Below the pieces are notes generated by a model. The model saw nothing but the letters and a program-made list of their open reading frames with translations, was not told the DNA's origin and made no database searches. From a virus, in the IMG/VR virus record IMGVR_UViG_3300045988_047162: a DNA stretch of 64,000 nucleotides; one strand, 5' to 3'. The position numbers and the translations under genes were made by a program. Within the stretch, counting starts at the first letter, position 1, and the number at the start of each line of letters is the position of its first letter. Positions 42,797-53,648 of the stretch are shown here, one piece after another.

Positions 42797-43249
42797 ATGG
42801 TTGACGAGACCGTTGAAGAGAATACCGCCACCGAGTCCGATGATTTCCGTATCCCGGAGACTTGGACGGAACTGTGCGAGAACGAGCCGCTGTTCTCGCT
42901 TCTGCCGCCTCTGGCCCCTGCGGAACGCCTCTCGTTCAAGCAGGCCGCACAACTGCGCAAACTGGACAGCATGGCCGGTTTCACGCTCAACGCCGACATC
43001 AACGGCCCCGAAGCCAAGTCCTTGGACGACGTCGAGGCGAAGATCGACGAGCGTATGGAGTTCGTCGGCACGGCTTTGGATTGGGTCAAGTCGCTGACAG
43101 TGAAGCCGGACAAGGTTGACGAATGGGCGACGGGCATCGGATTGGATGAACTGTTCTGGCTCATCGAAGCGATTCTCATGTTCTACACGGACCAACTGGG
43201 AAAATCGATCGCTTCGAAGCGCAAGTCCGCGTCCACCCGGTCGAACTGA
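42797..43249 (+). CDS. tail assembly chaperone (G-like)
   Basis: Acidic 150-aa protein upstream of the tape measure, with a slippery site near its 3' end. Confidence 0.7.
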   Translation: MVDETVEENTATESDDFRIPETWTELCENEPLFSLLPPLAPAERLSFKQAAQLRKLDSMAGFTLNADINGPEAKSLDDVEAKIDERMEFVGTALDWVKSLTVKPDKVDEWATGIGLDELFWLIEAILMFYTDQLGKSIASKRKSASTRSN

Positions 43250-43638
43250 CTTCCGACTTCCAACGTTTCTATGGTCTGGACATAACCGGCGCGAGGCTGA
43301 ATCCCACCCGCGCCGAACGCCTCACGGCGGGGCTGATGGCAATGCCTGACAGCCTGTACAGGGCGCGGATATTGGAGGATGAGCCTCCAACCACGTCCGA
43401 TGAGTCCAAGACAGACAAGCCGACCGTACTGCCGTGGCTTGGATGGGATTCGAAGACGATGGTCGCCGTTGAGGTTCGCAACATGATGAACACGGTGATT
43501 ACCGCGAAATACGGGGGCAAGAATGCCAAACCGCATCCACTGCTCCCTCCTGGCGCTGACAAGGAACCGCCTCGCCGGGAGAACGAAGGTACAGCGGAGA
43601 ACTTCGAACGCATGTTCACGAAGTTCCACATGACCTGA
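42797..43638 (+). CDS. tail assembly chaperone frameshift product (G-T-like, -1 slip at 43198-43204)
   Basis: As above. This is the canonical arrangement between the major tail and tape measure genes. Confidence 0.65.
43198..43204 (+). promoter_or_regulatory. -1 programmed ribosomal frameshift heptamer G_GGA_AAA
   Basis: Zero-frame codons are CTG GGA AAA. The -1 frame is open from 43150 to 43638 and reads protein-like (...VELTSDFQRFYGLDITGARLNPTRAERL...). Confidence 0.7.
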
Positions 43639-43648
43639 TTCTGAACAA

Positions 43649-43679
43649 ACCCCCACATTCCCGTGGGGGTTTCTATTTC
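43649..43679 (+). terminator. hairpin plus T-rich tail before the tape measure gene
   Basis: acccccac-attccc-gtgggggt followed by ttctatttc. Confidence 0.4.
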
Positions 43680-43703
43680 CGTCTTTCTTTCTGGGGGTTG
43701 CCT

Positions 43704-46700
43704 ATGGCTGGCGAGCATCGCGCCGGTACGGTCGTCGTTCGTGTCACTGCGGATACGAAGGGTTTCCGCCGTCAGGTCGAGGAGGCCGCACGCGGCATAA
43801 ACGACCTCGACGTGAACGCGGTATTCGAACCTGACACCGCCCAGCTTGAACGCGCCTACCGCGAATGGAACGGCAAGAACGCCTCCATACAGTTCAATTT
43901 CAAACCCAATACGAAGAACATCGACCCGTGGATGAAACGGTTCGAACAGCAGGAGGAACGCCTTCGTCGCGGACTCTCGCTCAAACCGGACTTCGATTCG
44001 TCCAAATTGAACCGTGGCCTGTCCGAGTTCAATTCCCGCACCAACACGGCCCTCCGTGGCAACGGGCTGCTGAACTCGAAACTGGTCGAAAAGAACCTCG
44101 ACCAGACCGTCAAGGTGTTCGACGCCAAAGGCCGCGAGATGGCCGACACATCCTTCTTCAAGAAGTCGGCCCTCAAAAAAACCGAACAGCTTTCGTTCGC
44201 GACAAGCCTCGACAAGACCGTCGATAAGTACCGCGAGAAGAAGATGGACCTGTACCAGCAGGTCCGTGGACTCATCAAAGGCAACGAACACCTCTCCAAC
44301 GAGCAGATACGCCAATTCGAGAAACTGTCCAACCGAATCGTCAAAACCCGCAACGACATTCGCGGACTGAAAGGCGACCTCGCCAAGGCCACCCGCGAAG
44401 TCGAACGCCTCGACGCGCAACGCCTTGAGATGAAGACGCAGAAGCTCCCGACCTCCGACCTGTGGAAGCAGGAACGCGAAGCCGCGAAGCAGGTCACAGC
44501 GGTCAACAAGGCGCTCGCCGGTCAGGAGAAGGAGCTTGGCAGGCTGCGTAAGGCGCAGTCGTCGCTTGTGGACATCGCGTCCGATGGTGATGCGAAGCGT
44601 GTGTCGAAGATGACCCGTCAGGTGCGTGCTCTTGAGGAGAGCATCGTCACCGCTGGCAATTCGTTGGCGAACTTCTCCAAGGCCCGTGACACGGCTTTGG
44701 GACTGCATCAGAAGCAGGAGACGTATGCCGACTGGTTCAAGGGCCAGCAGGTCGCGTCGTCGCGTTTTGCGAAGGAGATCGAGGCGCAGCGGGCCGAGAT
44801 GGCCCGCGAGTCGAAGAAGGCTAGGGACGAATGGTCCCGTCCGGTTGGCTCCACGGCCATCGCCCGCGAGCGGTTCGCGGAGTCGCGGCGTGAGGCCGAG
44901 AACCTTATCGACACGTATCGTGGCGTGCGCAAGGAGCTTGAGTCCGACGTGTCCGCCATGAAGCGGAACAACCGGAACTGGTTCGACCTTGACGAGTACA
45001 AGCGTACCGTCAAGATGCTTGGCGAGCTCGACGAGCGTATCGAGAAGCTGAAGAAGAGTCCGGTCACGAAGGCGACCCGTCTTGAGGGTTCCGATTTCCA
45101 GAAGCGTCTCGCCGACCTGTATTCGATGAACGGCGTCCGTAACCGTCAGGATATCCGTCTGAGGTTCGTCGCTGAGAATCTGCGTGAGGTCAAGTCGAAG
45201 ATCGAGGCGTTCAAACGTCGCGGCGTCGATGTTCCGGTCACGTTGAAGGCCGAACTGCGGGAGATGTACCGGCAGCTGGCCTATTACCAGCGTCTTCTGA
45301 AGGATAATCCGAAGGCGCGGGTGAAGGTCGATGTCGAAGGTGATTTCGCCCGTCTGAACCGTGATATCGAACGGTTCGAGTCGCAGCGTGTGAAGGTCGA
45401 GTTCTATGAGGATGGCGCTGACGAGATACGCCGCGCCATGCGGGAGCTTGAGCATAAGAGGCTCGATGTTCCGGTCACGTTGAAGGCCGAGTATTCGAAC
45501 GTCGAAGCTGAGATGCGCCGGTATGCGGAGAAGCTGAAGTCCAATCCCGATGCGGAGATTCCGGCGAAGCTCCATATCGACAAGAAGCACGCCGAGGAGG
45601 AGCTGAAGAGGTTCCAGGACAAGAACGACACCCTTGATATGGATGTCGATCTTGAGACCGCTTTGGCCCGCGCCCATCTCGCTTACTTCACTCGCCCACG
45701 CACGATTGACATCTTCGCCAAGTTCCATGGAACTGACATCGGCAAGATTCTCAACGGCATGACGTATGGCGCGTCCGGCTTGAAGGGTGTCGAGAACCAG
45801 TTCCAGAATCTTGTGAACCTGTTCGACACGTTGGACAAGAAGGTTCCACGTCTAGCGCTTGTCGGCACTGTATTGTCCGATATCGGCGCTGGTGCAGTGA
45901 ACGTCTCCGGTACGGTCGGCGGCTTGGGCAAGAGCATTGTGAGCCTTTCCAAGGCGGCTTATGCGGCTCCTGCGGCGTTGACCGGCTTGGGCGCGGTGTT
46001 CGCCACGTTCAAGATGATCTATGGCGACAAGGGCGAGACGTGGAGCAGCCAGATCGACTTCGCCAACACGAAGCTGTCCCAGCTTTCCCAGAACGTGCAG
46101 GATGCGTTCTATGGCAAGGCGAAGCCCGCCATCATGGATACGGCGAACGCGATAGGCGATTCGCTGGTGCCGGAGATGAGCACTCTCGCCAAGCATGAGG
46201 GCGAGATAGTCGAAAAGCTCATGCTCGCCGTGAAAGCGTCCTATCAGGCGAACGAGCTGCCAGCCGTCTTCGACCGTGCAAACGAGTCGATGGACAATCT
46301 CGTTCCCGGTGCCGAATCCCTGATTACCGCATTGTCCCATATCGGCATGGTCGGCGGCAAGTATCTGCCGCAGTTCACGCAATGGTTGAGCGAGGATGCG
46401 TCTTGGTTCGCCAAGTGGGCCGAGAACGTGATGGACGACTCCGACCGTGTTGACAAGGCCATGTCCGAAGTCAAGGAGCAGGCTGGTTATCTTGGCTCAT
46501 CCCTTCGCTCGTTGAAGGGTATCGCGCAAGGTGTGTTCACTCCGATTGCCCAATACCAGAATGGCATCGAGCAGTTCAGCAGCGTGTTGCAGCGTGCAGA
46601 CCGTGCGATTAACTCCATGAGCGCCCAGGATACGTTGCGTGCTTGGGTGACTGGCGCTAGGGACGCCCAGAAGGGCGTGCGTGACGCTTTCGCCGATATC

Positions 46701-49700
46701 GGACATGCTGCGAACGAGTCGCGGAACGATCTTGCCGGTACGATGACGAATCTTGGTCAGTTGACCGGTAATTTCGTGGCCGACACCTCGAAGCTGGCTT
46801 CCGGCACTTCGGGTAGCATCCGCACGTTCTCCGGTGATGTGCGTGATGGTCTGAGCATGGTGACTTCCAGTCTTGCGTCTACGTCTCCGATGTTTTCGAG
46901 TCTTGTCCGCATGGCGGGCCAGTTGTCGAAGACGTTCGGCGGCACGCTTGCCAACTCGTTGAAGTCTGCCGCTCCCACGATTGAGGCCATCGCCAATGCG
47001 ACAAGCGCGTTGAGTGACGCCTTCTCGAAGCTGCCAGCCCCAATTCAGGGCATGTTGGGCTTGTGGATGACGTTCGGTCGTGCTGGCAAGTCAGCTTGGA
47101 CGGCGTTGAAGAGCGGTGCTTTGGAGAACATTCAGAGCACGATGCAGTATCAGAACATGTTGCGCCAGTTGGGTGTGACGATGGATGGCACGAAGGTCAA
47201 GGCTTCCCAGTTGATTTCCGCGATGGCTCGTCTTTCCCGTAACGAGACGACGGCTGAGGTCACAGGCGGCGCGATGGCGTATGGCAATGTGGCGGGCTTG
47301 TTCACCGGCTCCGTCAAGGGTATGGAGCAGATGGGGGAGCAGGCTGAGAAGACCGCTTCCAAGGTGGCAAAGACTGGTCAGGAGGCCCGTCTTGCAGCCG
47401 AGGGGGCTGTCCTGTTGGGCAATAACGCCAGTAGTGCTGGCAAGGGTCTGCGAAGCCTGGACGACAACGCCGAACCCATCAAGGGCAAGCTTTCCGGCTT
47501 GAAGAGCGTCGCCAAGGATACCGGCACCGTCCTATTGGATATGCTTGGCGGTCCTACCGGCATCGCATTGACGGCTGGTCTCGCTGCCGCTGGCACGGCG
47601 TTCAGCGCGTATTCCCAGCATGTCGAACAGGTCAAAGCCAACATCGAATCGTTCAACGAGGCGGCTAAGGCAACGCCTGACGCTTTGTCAGCTCAGGTTT
47701 CCTCGCTTGAGGGGTTGAAGAACCGGCTGGATAACTTCGGTTCCACACTGAAATCCAACTTCTCCACTTCGGATTCCTCTTGGGACAAGTTCTGGCGTGG
47801 AACGTCGAATGTGGGTAGCATGTCTTCGGCATTGCAGATGCTCGGTCAGAACGAGGATTCGGTCGCACGCAAACTGTCCGGCAGCAAGAGTGACTACAAC
47901 AGCTACATCAAGACGTTGCAGCGGATGACGACCCAGACGAACAAGCAGGCTTCGGCTGACAAGAACTCCGCGACCGTGTTCGATATGAGCAGTATGAACA
48001 GGCTTCAGAAGTCCGTCAACATGCACGAGGCCGCGAAGACCGCTTTGGCTGACGCCCAGAACTACAACGATGAGATCGAGAAGTCCATCAAGACGCAGGC
48101 CGCTGCCGCTGGTAAGAGCGCTGGTTGGGTTGATCGTCTTCGTGATGAGGGTCAGGATTGGCAGTCCATCGCGGATGGGCTATTGAGCGCCACCGAGAAG
48201 AAAGAGCGGTTGGCTACCGTGACAGGCTCTCTGGCTTCGCAGGTTGAATCCCAGCGCAACGCGAACATTCAGGCCGCTGCCGCGTCCAGCAGTTATGCGA
48301 AGACGTTGCAGCAGGTTGGCGAGGCGATGAAGACCGTAAATGATCTTCATTCCAAAGGCCAACAGGTTTGGGATGCACAGAAGAAGGATTTCGACTATAC
48401 GACTGAGGCTGGCCGTACCGCCGCCGACTCGTTGACCGCTTTGGCTTCCAGTTCGAACGATTACCTGAATGCGATGATTAAGCAAGGTAAGTCGCAGAAG
48501 GATGTGCTCGCCAAGCAGAAGGAATTGTCCAGCAACTTCAACGCTCAGGCTAGTGCCGCTGGTTTGGACGCCGCTGCTGTTGACGGATTGAACTCAAGTC
48601 TGTTGATGACTCCGAAGGAAGTCACCACACAGATCAACGTTCAATCGTTGGAAGCGAAGGAGAACCTGGCGAATGTCGTTGACAGTATGAGCTACCTGTT
48701 CCCCGATGGGACACGTAAGCAGGTCAAGGATATTCTGTTGAACTCCATTTGGCAGGGTAAGACCGATGCCAACCAGTTGTCCGACATGGTGCAGAGGCTT
48801 TCCGATGGCAAGCATACGGTCGTGATTACCGGCGATAACAAGCTGGCGATTGTCGCGGCCAATGATGTGACCAATGCCGTCATGAAGGTACCCGCGTTGA
48901 AGAAGGTGTATCTCAAGGCCATCACCGAAGGCAAGAGCGATACCGACGCATTGGAGGAAAGCATCTCTTCGATTCCTGCGATGAAGGATGCGTTCGTCAA
49001 GGCGAAGGCCGAAGGCAAGTCCGATCTGGATGCGTTGAGGGATGCCATCTGGCAGGTTCCTGAGTTGAAGGATGCCTATTTGACGGCAACCGCTTCCGGT
49101 CAGGATGAGGTTGATGCGCTAGGTAACGCGTTGAAGCTTATCCCTGACTTGAAGAATACCGATTTGAAGGCCACTGATAAGACTCAGGACGGCATTTCGA
49201 GCGCTACCACTAACTTGGATAACTTCGCGGCGCAGTTCGGTGCCCCTAACTCGAATATTACCGCTACCGATAATACCGCCGATGGCGCTGGCTCCGCAGG
49301 GCTGACGATGGGAGCCTATGAGCAGAAGTACGGTCATGTTGATTCCAATCTGACCGCTACGGATAACACCGGTGGTCCAACCAGTACTGCCAAGGGCAAT
49401 ATCGGTTCGGTGCCGAAGGGTCATGACACAAACGTGAATGCGACGGACAATACCGCTGGTGCCACTGGTTCCGCCAAGGGCAACATCCATTCCGTGCCGA
49501 AGAGCCATGACACTGGATTCAAGGGCCATGTCGATGGTTCGCTTTCCTCTGCCGTGGCGTCGGCCAATAAATGGATTAGCGGCGTATCGAATTGGGTTAC
49601 CGTCCACATCAAGGGCATCTTCGAAGGTTCCAAGGCTGGCAAGGCTACTGGTGGTCGCATTACCGGTCCGGGTACTGGCACGTCTGATTCGATTCCCATG

Positions 49701-50066
49701 TGGTTGTCGAATGGCGAGCATGTTATTCGTGCCGCTGCGGTAAGCAAGCTTGATCGTACTGTCGGCCCGAATTTCCTGAACGTGTTGAACGCTACCGGTG
49801 ATCTGGATAGGGCGGTGTCGCAGGCTCGCACGTCGTATGCGCGTAGTGCGGTTGATATGAGTCGTAGCGCGTATGCGGCTGGCGGGCGTGTGGAGAAGAT
49901 GATGTCCGGCTTGTATGAGGTCAACGTTCAGGTTCCCGCAAGCACTGGAACGACTGTCAATCAGACGTTCAACACGAAGGTCGTCAGGAGTAATGATGAC
50001 CTGTACACCGCCGCGCCGATATTGCATCGTAACGCGTTGGCCGAGGCTAGGAGGTATCAGCGTTGA
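43704..50066 (+). CDS. tape measure protein (2,120 aa)
   Basis: Very long helical protein after the chaperone pair. Internal repeats include ATDNT..G... and GKSD.DAL... units near the C-terminus. Confidence 0.9.
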   Translation: MAGEHRAGTVVVRVTADTKGFRRQVEEAARGINDLDVNAVFEPDTAQLERAYREWNGKNASIQFNFKPNTKNIDPWMKRFEQQEERLRRGLSLKPDFDSSKLNRGLSEFNSRTNTALRGNGLLNSKLVEKNLDQTVKVFDAKGREMADTSFFKKSALKKTEQLSFATSLDKTVDKYREKKMDLYQQVRGLIKGNEHLSNEQIRQFEKLSNRIVKTRNDIRGLKGDLAKATREVERLDAQRLEMKTQKLPTSDLWKQEREAAKQVTAVNKALAGQEKELGRLRKAQSSLVDIASDGDAKRVSKMTRQVRALEESIVTAGNSLANFSKARDTALGLHQKQETYADWFKGQQVASSRFAKEIEAQRAEMARESKKARDEWSRPVGSTAIARERFAESRREAENLIDTYRGVRKELESDVSAMKRNNRNWFDLDEYKRTVKMLGELDERIEKLKKSPVTKATRLEGSDFQKRLADLYSMNGVRNRQDIRLRFVAENLREVKSKIEAFKRRGVDVPVTLKAELREMYRQLAYYQRLLKDNPKARVKVDVEGDFARLNRDIERFESQRVKVEFYEDGADEIRRAMRELEHKRLDVPVTLKAEYSNVEAEMRRYAEKLKSNPDAEIPAKLHIDKKHAEEELKRFQDKNDTLDMDVDLETALARAHLAYFTRPRTIDIFAKFHGTDIGKILNGMTYGASGLKGVENQFQNLVNLFDTLDKKVPRLALVGTVLSDIGAGAVNVSGTVGGLGKSIVSLSKAAYAAPAALTGLGAVFATFKMIYGDKGETWSSQIDFANTKLSQLSQNVQDAFYGKAKPAIMDTANAIGDSLVPEMSTLAKHEGEIVEKLMLAVKASYQANELPAVFDRANESMDNLVPGAESLITALSHIGMVGGKYLPQFTQWLSEDASWFAKWAENVMDDSDRVDKAMSEVKEQAGYLGSSLRSLKGIAQGVFTPIAQYQNGIEQFSSVLQRADRAINSMSAQDTLRAWVTGARDAQKGVRDAFADIGHAANESRNDLAGTMTNLGQLTGNFVADTSKLASGTSGSIRTFSGDVRDGLSMVTSSLASTSPMFSSLVRMAGQLSKTFGGTLANSLKSAAPTIEAIANATSALSDAFSKLPAPIQGMLGLWMTFGRAGKSAWTALKSGALENIQSTMQYQNMLRQLGVTMDGTKVKASQLISAMARLSRNETTAEVTGGAMAYGNVAGLFTGSVKGMEQMGEQAEKTASKVAKTGQEARLAAEGAVLLGNNASSAGKGLRSLDDNAEPIKGKLSGLKSVAKDTGTVLLDMLGGPTGIALTAGLAAAGTAFSAYSQHVEQVKANIESFNEAAKATPDALSAQVSSLEGLKNRLDNFGSTLKSNFSTSDSSWDKFWRGTSNVGSMSSALQMLGQNEDSVARKLSGSKSDYNSYIKTLQRMTTQTNKQASADKNSATVFDMSSMNRLQKSVNMHEAAKTALADAQNYNDEIEKSIKTQAAAAGKSAGWVDRLRDEGQDWQSIADGLLSATEKKERLATVTGSLASQVESQRNANIQAAAASSSYAKTLQQVGEAMKTVNDLHSKGQQVWDAQKKDFDYTTEAGRTAADSLTALASSSNDYLNAMIKQGKSQKDVLAKQKELSSNFNAQASAAGLDAAAVDGLNSSLLMTPKEVTTQINVQSLEAKENLANVVDSMSYLFPDGTRKQVKDILLNSIWQGKTDANQLSDMVQRLSDGKHTVVITGDNKLAIVAANDVTNAVMKVPALKKVYLKAITEGKSDTDALEESISSIPAMKDAFVKAKAEGKSDLDALRDAIWQVPELKDAYLTATASGQDEVDALGNALKLIPDLKNTDLKATDKTQDGISSATTNLDNFAAQFGAPNSNITATDNTADGAGSAGLTMGAYEQKYGHVDSNLTATDNTGGPTSTAKGNIGSVPKGHDTNVNATDNTAGATGSAKGNIHSVPKSHDTGFKGHVDGSLSSAVASANKWISGVSNWVTVHIKGIFEGSKAGKATGGRITGPGTGTSDSIPMWLSNGEHVIRAAAVSKLDRTVGPNFLNVLNATGDLDRAVSQARTSYARSAVDMSRSAYAAGGRVEKMMSGLYEVNVQVPASTGTTVNQTFNTKVVRSNDDLYTAAPILHRNALAEARRYQR

Positions 50067-51034
50067 GTGATTTGCCTGAACTGGTCGAACTGTCGAACGG
50101 GACGGAAACGTTGACGTTCGATGGTGGCAATACAGCGAATCCTGATGATGATGTTCTCCTGATCGGGGAGGATGGCGTCGATGGTTGGTTCGAGACGCCG
50201 GATGACAAGACGGTGATGAGCGAGCGGGGTCAGGGCGATGGGGCGCATGACGTGTGGGCTTCGGACATCCTGTATTCCGCTCGCGTGCTGACATTGCATT
50301 TCATTGTATCGGCTCATGACCGTCAGGGTGTTGTCCGGCTTCTCAATAAGGTTCGCCGCGTGTGTGCGCATAGCAAGGTGCGGTTCCGGTTGAGGGATGC
50401 GGGCTACGACTGTTATACGACTGGTAGGGCCACTGTGAAGGCGTCTGCTAAGTATGCGAATGATGGCTGGCTGGACGATTGCACGATCACCGTGACCTGC
50501 GAACGTCCCGAGATATTGAGCATGGACGAGTACACATGCCAATTGTCGGCCATGCATGTTTCCGGCGGGAACGTCGGATTGCGGTATGGTCCGGGCTATT
50601 GGACCGAATGGCAGGGCGCACGTAACGCTTCACCGAGCCTGATGCATACCGAGTCGAATATTGGTTTGCGTGGGTTGGCTTACCCGTTGAACTACGGGTT
50701 GAAATTGGATGGCGTCGGGTCGAACGTCGGATTGTTGTACAACAACGGCACTTCCCGCGCCTATCCGGTGTTCGTCGTGCATGGGCCTATGGATGGCGTG
50801 CGTTTGGATTTTCCGGGCACCCAGCAGTCGATTGTGTGCGATCAGACGGTACGGGATGTGCCGTTGGTGTTGGATTGCCGCAGCCGTACCGCCCAGTTGG
50901 GTGGTCAGGATGTGAGCCGTCAGTTGGAGCAGCGTGGTTTTCCCACGATTCCGGCTGGCGGTTCGCTTCGTGTGACTTTATCGAATCTAGGCACCGGTTT
51001 CGTTGATTGCAGTGTGCGTGACACTTACATGTAA
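50063..51034 (+). CDS. distal tail protein (Dit-like)
   Basis: TTG start in a TTGA overlap with the tape measure stop. Assigned by position and size. Confidence 0.6.
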   Translation: MSDLPELVELSNGTETLTFDGGNTANPDDDVLLIGEDGVDGWFETPDDKTVMSERGQGDGAHDVWASDILYSARVLTLHFIVSAHDRQGVVRLLNKVRRVCAHSKVRFRLRDAGYDCYTTGRATVKASAKYANDGWLDDCTITVTCERPEILSMDEYTCQLSAMHVSGGNVGLRYGPGYWTEWQGARNASPSLMHTESNIGLRGLAYPLNYGLKLDGVGSNVGLLYNNGTSRAYPVFVVHGPMDGVRLDFPGTQQSIVCDQTVRDVPLVLDCRSRTAQLGGQDVSRQLEQRGFPTIPAGGSLRVTLSNLGTGFVDCSVRDTYM

Positions 51035-51044
51035 GGAGTTTTGA

Positions 51045-51977
51045 ATGAGTACCGTCGCTTTGGGCGTGTCTCCCGATACCAATGGCGTTGGTGTGACACC
51101 TCTTGTGCATCGTCGCATCATCGGTGCCCAGTGGGCTAATACGGGATTGGTTGACGGGTTGAACGTCACCGGCCGCAGTGACTTGCGATATAACGTTTCC
51201 GCTGGCGTGGCTGTCTGTAGCCGTGGCGATTCGGATGGTAAGACGCTCGCCTATTACGAGGGCGGTAAGACGAACGCCGTCGCGGCTGGCGACCCGTCGA
51301 ATCCGCGTATCGACATCGTGTGGATTCAGGCCCATAATCTGATGGAGTACAAGGATTCGGACAATTATGTGACCGTTGGCGTCACGCAGGGTTCCCCGTC
51401 CGCGAGTCTTGCGGAGCCTACCATTCCGGCTGGCGCTACCATGCTGAGGAAGATGAAGATGCCCGCTGGCGCTTCGTCCACGGCCAGCGCGGTGCAGATG
51501 TGGAGCGCTGATTACGCGATACCGCATGGTGCTTCGTTGGGGAAGATTGGCGAGAATTGGGATAGGCGTGACATGACCGGCGATCCGACGGTCAAGAAAT
51601 ACTATTTTGAGCAGCAGATAGATTTCGATTTGCCTTCCGACCGTATGTTGGAATTGTCGTTCAAATGCAATCTGAGTTCCGCTGGCGCTACCTCGTGGGC
51701 GGATACGTCGCATCGTACCGAGTGGGCCATCGGCTTCCAGATCGATAACAAGGATTTGGACCATTCGTGCGCGAACTTCGTTTCGTATGGCGCGTGGGAG
51801 ACGCATGAGACGTCGTATGTGACCGCCGTGAACAAGGGGCATCATACCGCCCGCTTGCGTACTTGGTTGCAGAACGGCAACGCCCCCGTGTTCCATTACA
51901 ATGCGTCGCAGGACAACAAGGACGCCTTGTGGTGCGGACGCCGGTTCATCATCTGGGATAGGGGACAGGTGGTCTGA
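51045..51977 (+). CDS. minor tail protein
   Basis: Assigned by position. AAGGAG RBS. Confidence 0.6.
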   Translation: MSTVALGVSPDTNGVGVTPLVHRRIIGAQWANTGLVDGLNVTGRSDLRYNVSAGVAVCSRGDSDGKTLAYYEGGKTNAVAAGDPSNPRIDIVWIQAHNLMEYKDSDNYVTVGVTQGSPSASLAEPTIPAGATMLRKMKMPAGASSTASAVQMWSADYAIPHGASLGKIGENWDRRDMTGDPTVKKYYFEQQIDFDLPSDRMLELSFKCNLSSAGATSWADTSHRTEWAIGFQIDNKDLDHSCANFVSYGAWETHETSYVTAVNKGHHTARLRTWLQNGNAPVFHYNASQDNKDALWCGRRFIIWDRGQVV

Positions 51978-53599
51978 TGTCTTGGGTGGCGTACCTGTAT
52001 GACACGGTTTCCGGCCAGTTGGCCCAGGAGATCGACATACCGTCGTTCACTTGGTCGATGACCGTTTCGGATTCGAGTTTTTCCACGACGAAGGACAAGG
52101 GCGTTGGCGATGACGAGGTGTCCGGCTTGGAACTGCCTTGGTCCCAGATACCGGGCGATGACCCGGCTGCCCGTGCAGCCGCGTTGCAGCCGTACAAGCG
52201 TGGCCTTGTGTTGTGTTGGAAGAGCGTGTTGGATGACACCGCGTCGATGGGCACGCCGATATTGGCGGGCGCGTTGGGCGTTCGCACGTCCAGTTGGCAT
52301 GATGTGAGCGTGCCTTACGTGAGCATGATGGGCTTGCTGAACGACCGGTATCTGGTGCATGAGGATGCTTTCGGCAAGGATGCGGGCCACACGTCCAAAC
52401 GGTCGTTCCGTTGGGAGAACCTGTCGTGGCGTGCGTTGGCGTGTGAGGTAATCCGCCAATGCACGAGCGTCAAGCCGGGCGGTGGACTGCCCATCGATTT
52501 GCCTTACCTGAACGAGACGGGCACGCATTCGCTGCCTTCCGATGGGTCGAGCGAGGATAAGAACGCTCCGAAGCAGAAGAGCAAGAAGCGTGTGAACACG
52601 GCTGACGGGTATGTGGAGACTTCCGTTGACGGTGACACGACCACGATCACGGAACAGCATGTGACGAAGAAGACGAAGCAGGTCACGGAGACTAAACCGT
52701 ACACGTACAATACGCGCAAGGGCAAGGTCACGAAACAGCATACGACCGTGAAGACGTTGACCACGGCGCAGACCACGGTCGTGAAGAAGACGGTCACGAA
52801 GAACTACAAGGATTATTCCGAACGTACCGTGACCACGACCACCACCGTGTACTCGTTCGACGGGAACGGCAACCAGACCGGCAGCACGACTTCGACCGAT
52901 GGGCCGCATAAGACGATGCTTCCACGGCAGACCGTCGTGGAATACAAGGATTTCAACGTGTCGAACCATCGCGCGGCTGACATTCTGAAGAATATAGCGA
53001 ACGCGGATGGCGGGCCTGACATGCAGTTCCGGCCCTACTTGTCGGATTCGCAGCATGTCCGGTTCAGGTTCCTCGCCGGTTCGGACGGCGACATCTATCT
53101 GAATCAGGACAAGCGATTGAGTCTGTCGTGCTCACCGTATGGTGGCACGTTGGAGAACATCAAGATCGACCGTGCCGCACCGTACATGCGCGTGTATGCG
53201 ACCGGCGCCGGTTCGGATTTGGGCACGATGTGCTGCCAGAGCGAGGATTTGACTCTGGTGAAACGTCATGACCCGTATCCGCTGCGGGAGACCACCACGA
53301 GCGACACGGACGCGAAAACGTATGAACTGTTGGCCGCTGCGGCTGACGGCATGTTGAACGCGAACCGTCAGCCGTTGATGCAGTTGAGCGGCGAGATAGA
53401 CGTGAACGACTGCGATGCGATGGGATTGCCTTTGCATCCGTTGGGTTCGTTCTGGCCGGGGGAGATGTTCGACATCGCCATAGACGGCTTCCCTGATCTG
53501 CCGGACGGCGTGTATCCGATGCGGTTGATGCAGATGAGCGGCGACCAGACCGGCAAGGTGACAGTGAAGTTCGACCCTGTGGCAGACCCGACCGCATGA
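51977..53599 (+). CDS. tail-associated (Tal-like) minor tail protein with a Thr/Lys/Val-rich insert
   Basis: Assigned by position. ATGA-type overlap. Low-complexity insert at about 52540-52930. Confidence 0.6.
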   Translation: MSWVAYLYDTVSGQLAQEIDIPSFTWSMTVSDSSFSTTKDKGVGDDEVSGLELPWSQIPGDDPAARAAALQPYKRGLVLCWKSVLDDTASMGTPILAGALGVRTSSWHDVSVPYVSMMGLLNDRYLVHEDAFGKDAGHTSKRSFRWENLSWRALACEVIRQCTSVKPGGGLPIDLPYLNETGTHSLPSDGSSEDKNAPKQKSKKRVNTADGYVETSVDGDTTTITEQHVTKKTKQVTETKPYTYNTRKGKVTKQHTTVKTLTTAQTTVVKKTVTKNYKDYSERTVTTTTTVYSFDGNGNQTGSTTSTDGPHKTMLPRQTVVEYKDFNVSNHRAADILKNIANADGGPDMQFRPYLSDSQHVRFRFLAGSDGDIYLNQDKRLSLSCSPYGGTLENIKIDRAAPYMRVYATGAGSDLGTMCCQSEDLTLVKRHDPYPLRETTTSDTDAKTYELLAAAADGMLNANRQPLMQLSGEIDVNDCDAMGLPLHPLGSFWPGEMFDIAIDGFPDLPDGVYPMRLMQMSGDQTGKVTVKFDPVADPTA

Positions 53600-53606
53600 T
53601 ATCAGA

Positions 53607-53636
53607 CCCCACGTTTTCGTGGGGTTTTCTGTTTTT
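53607..53636 (+). terminator. rho-independent terminator/attenuator before the fibre gene
   Basis: ccccacg-tttt-cgtgggg followed by ttttctgttttt. Confidence 0.6.
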
Positions 53637-53648
53637 GGAGTGTGCGTT

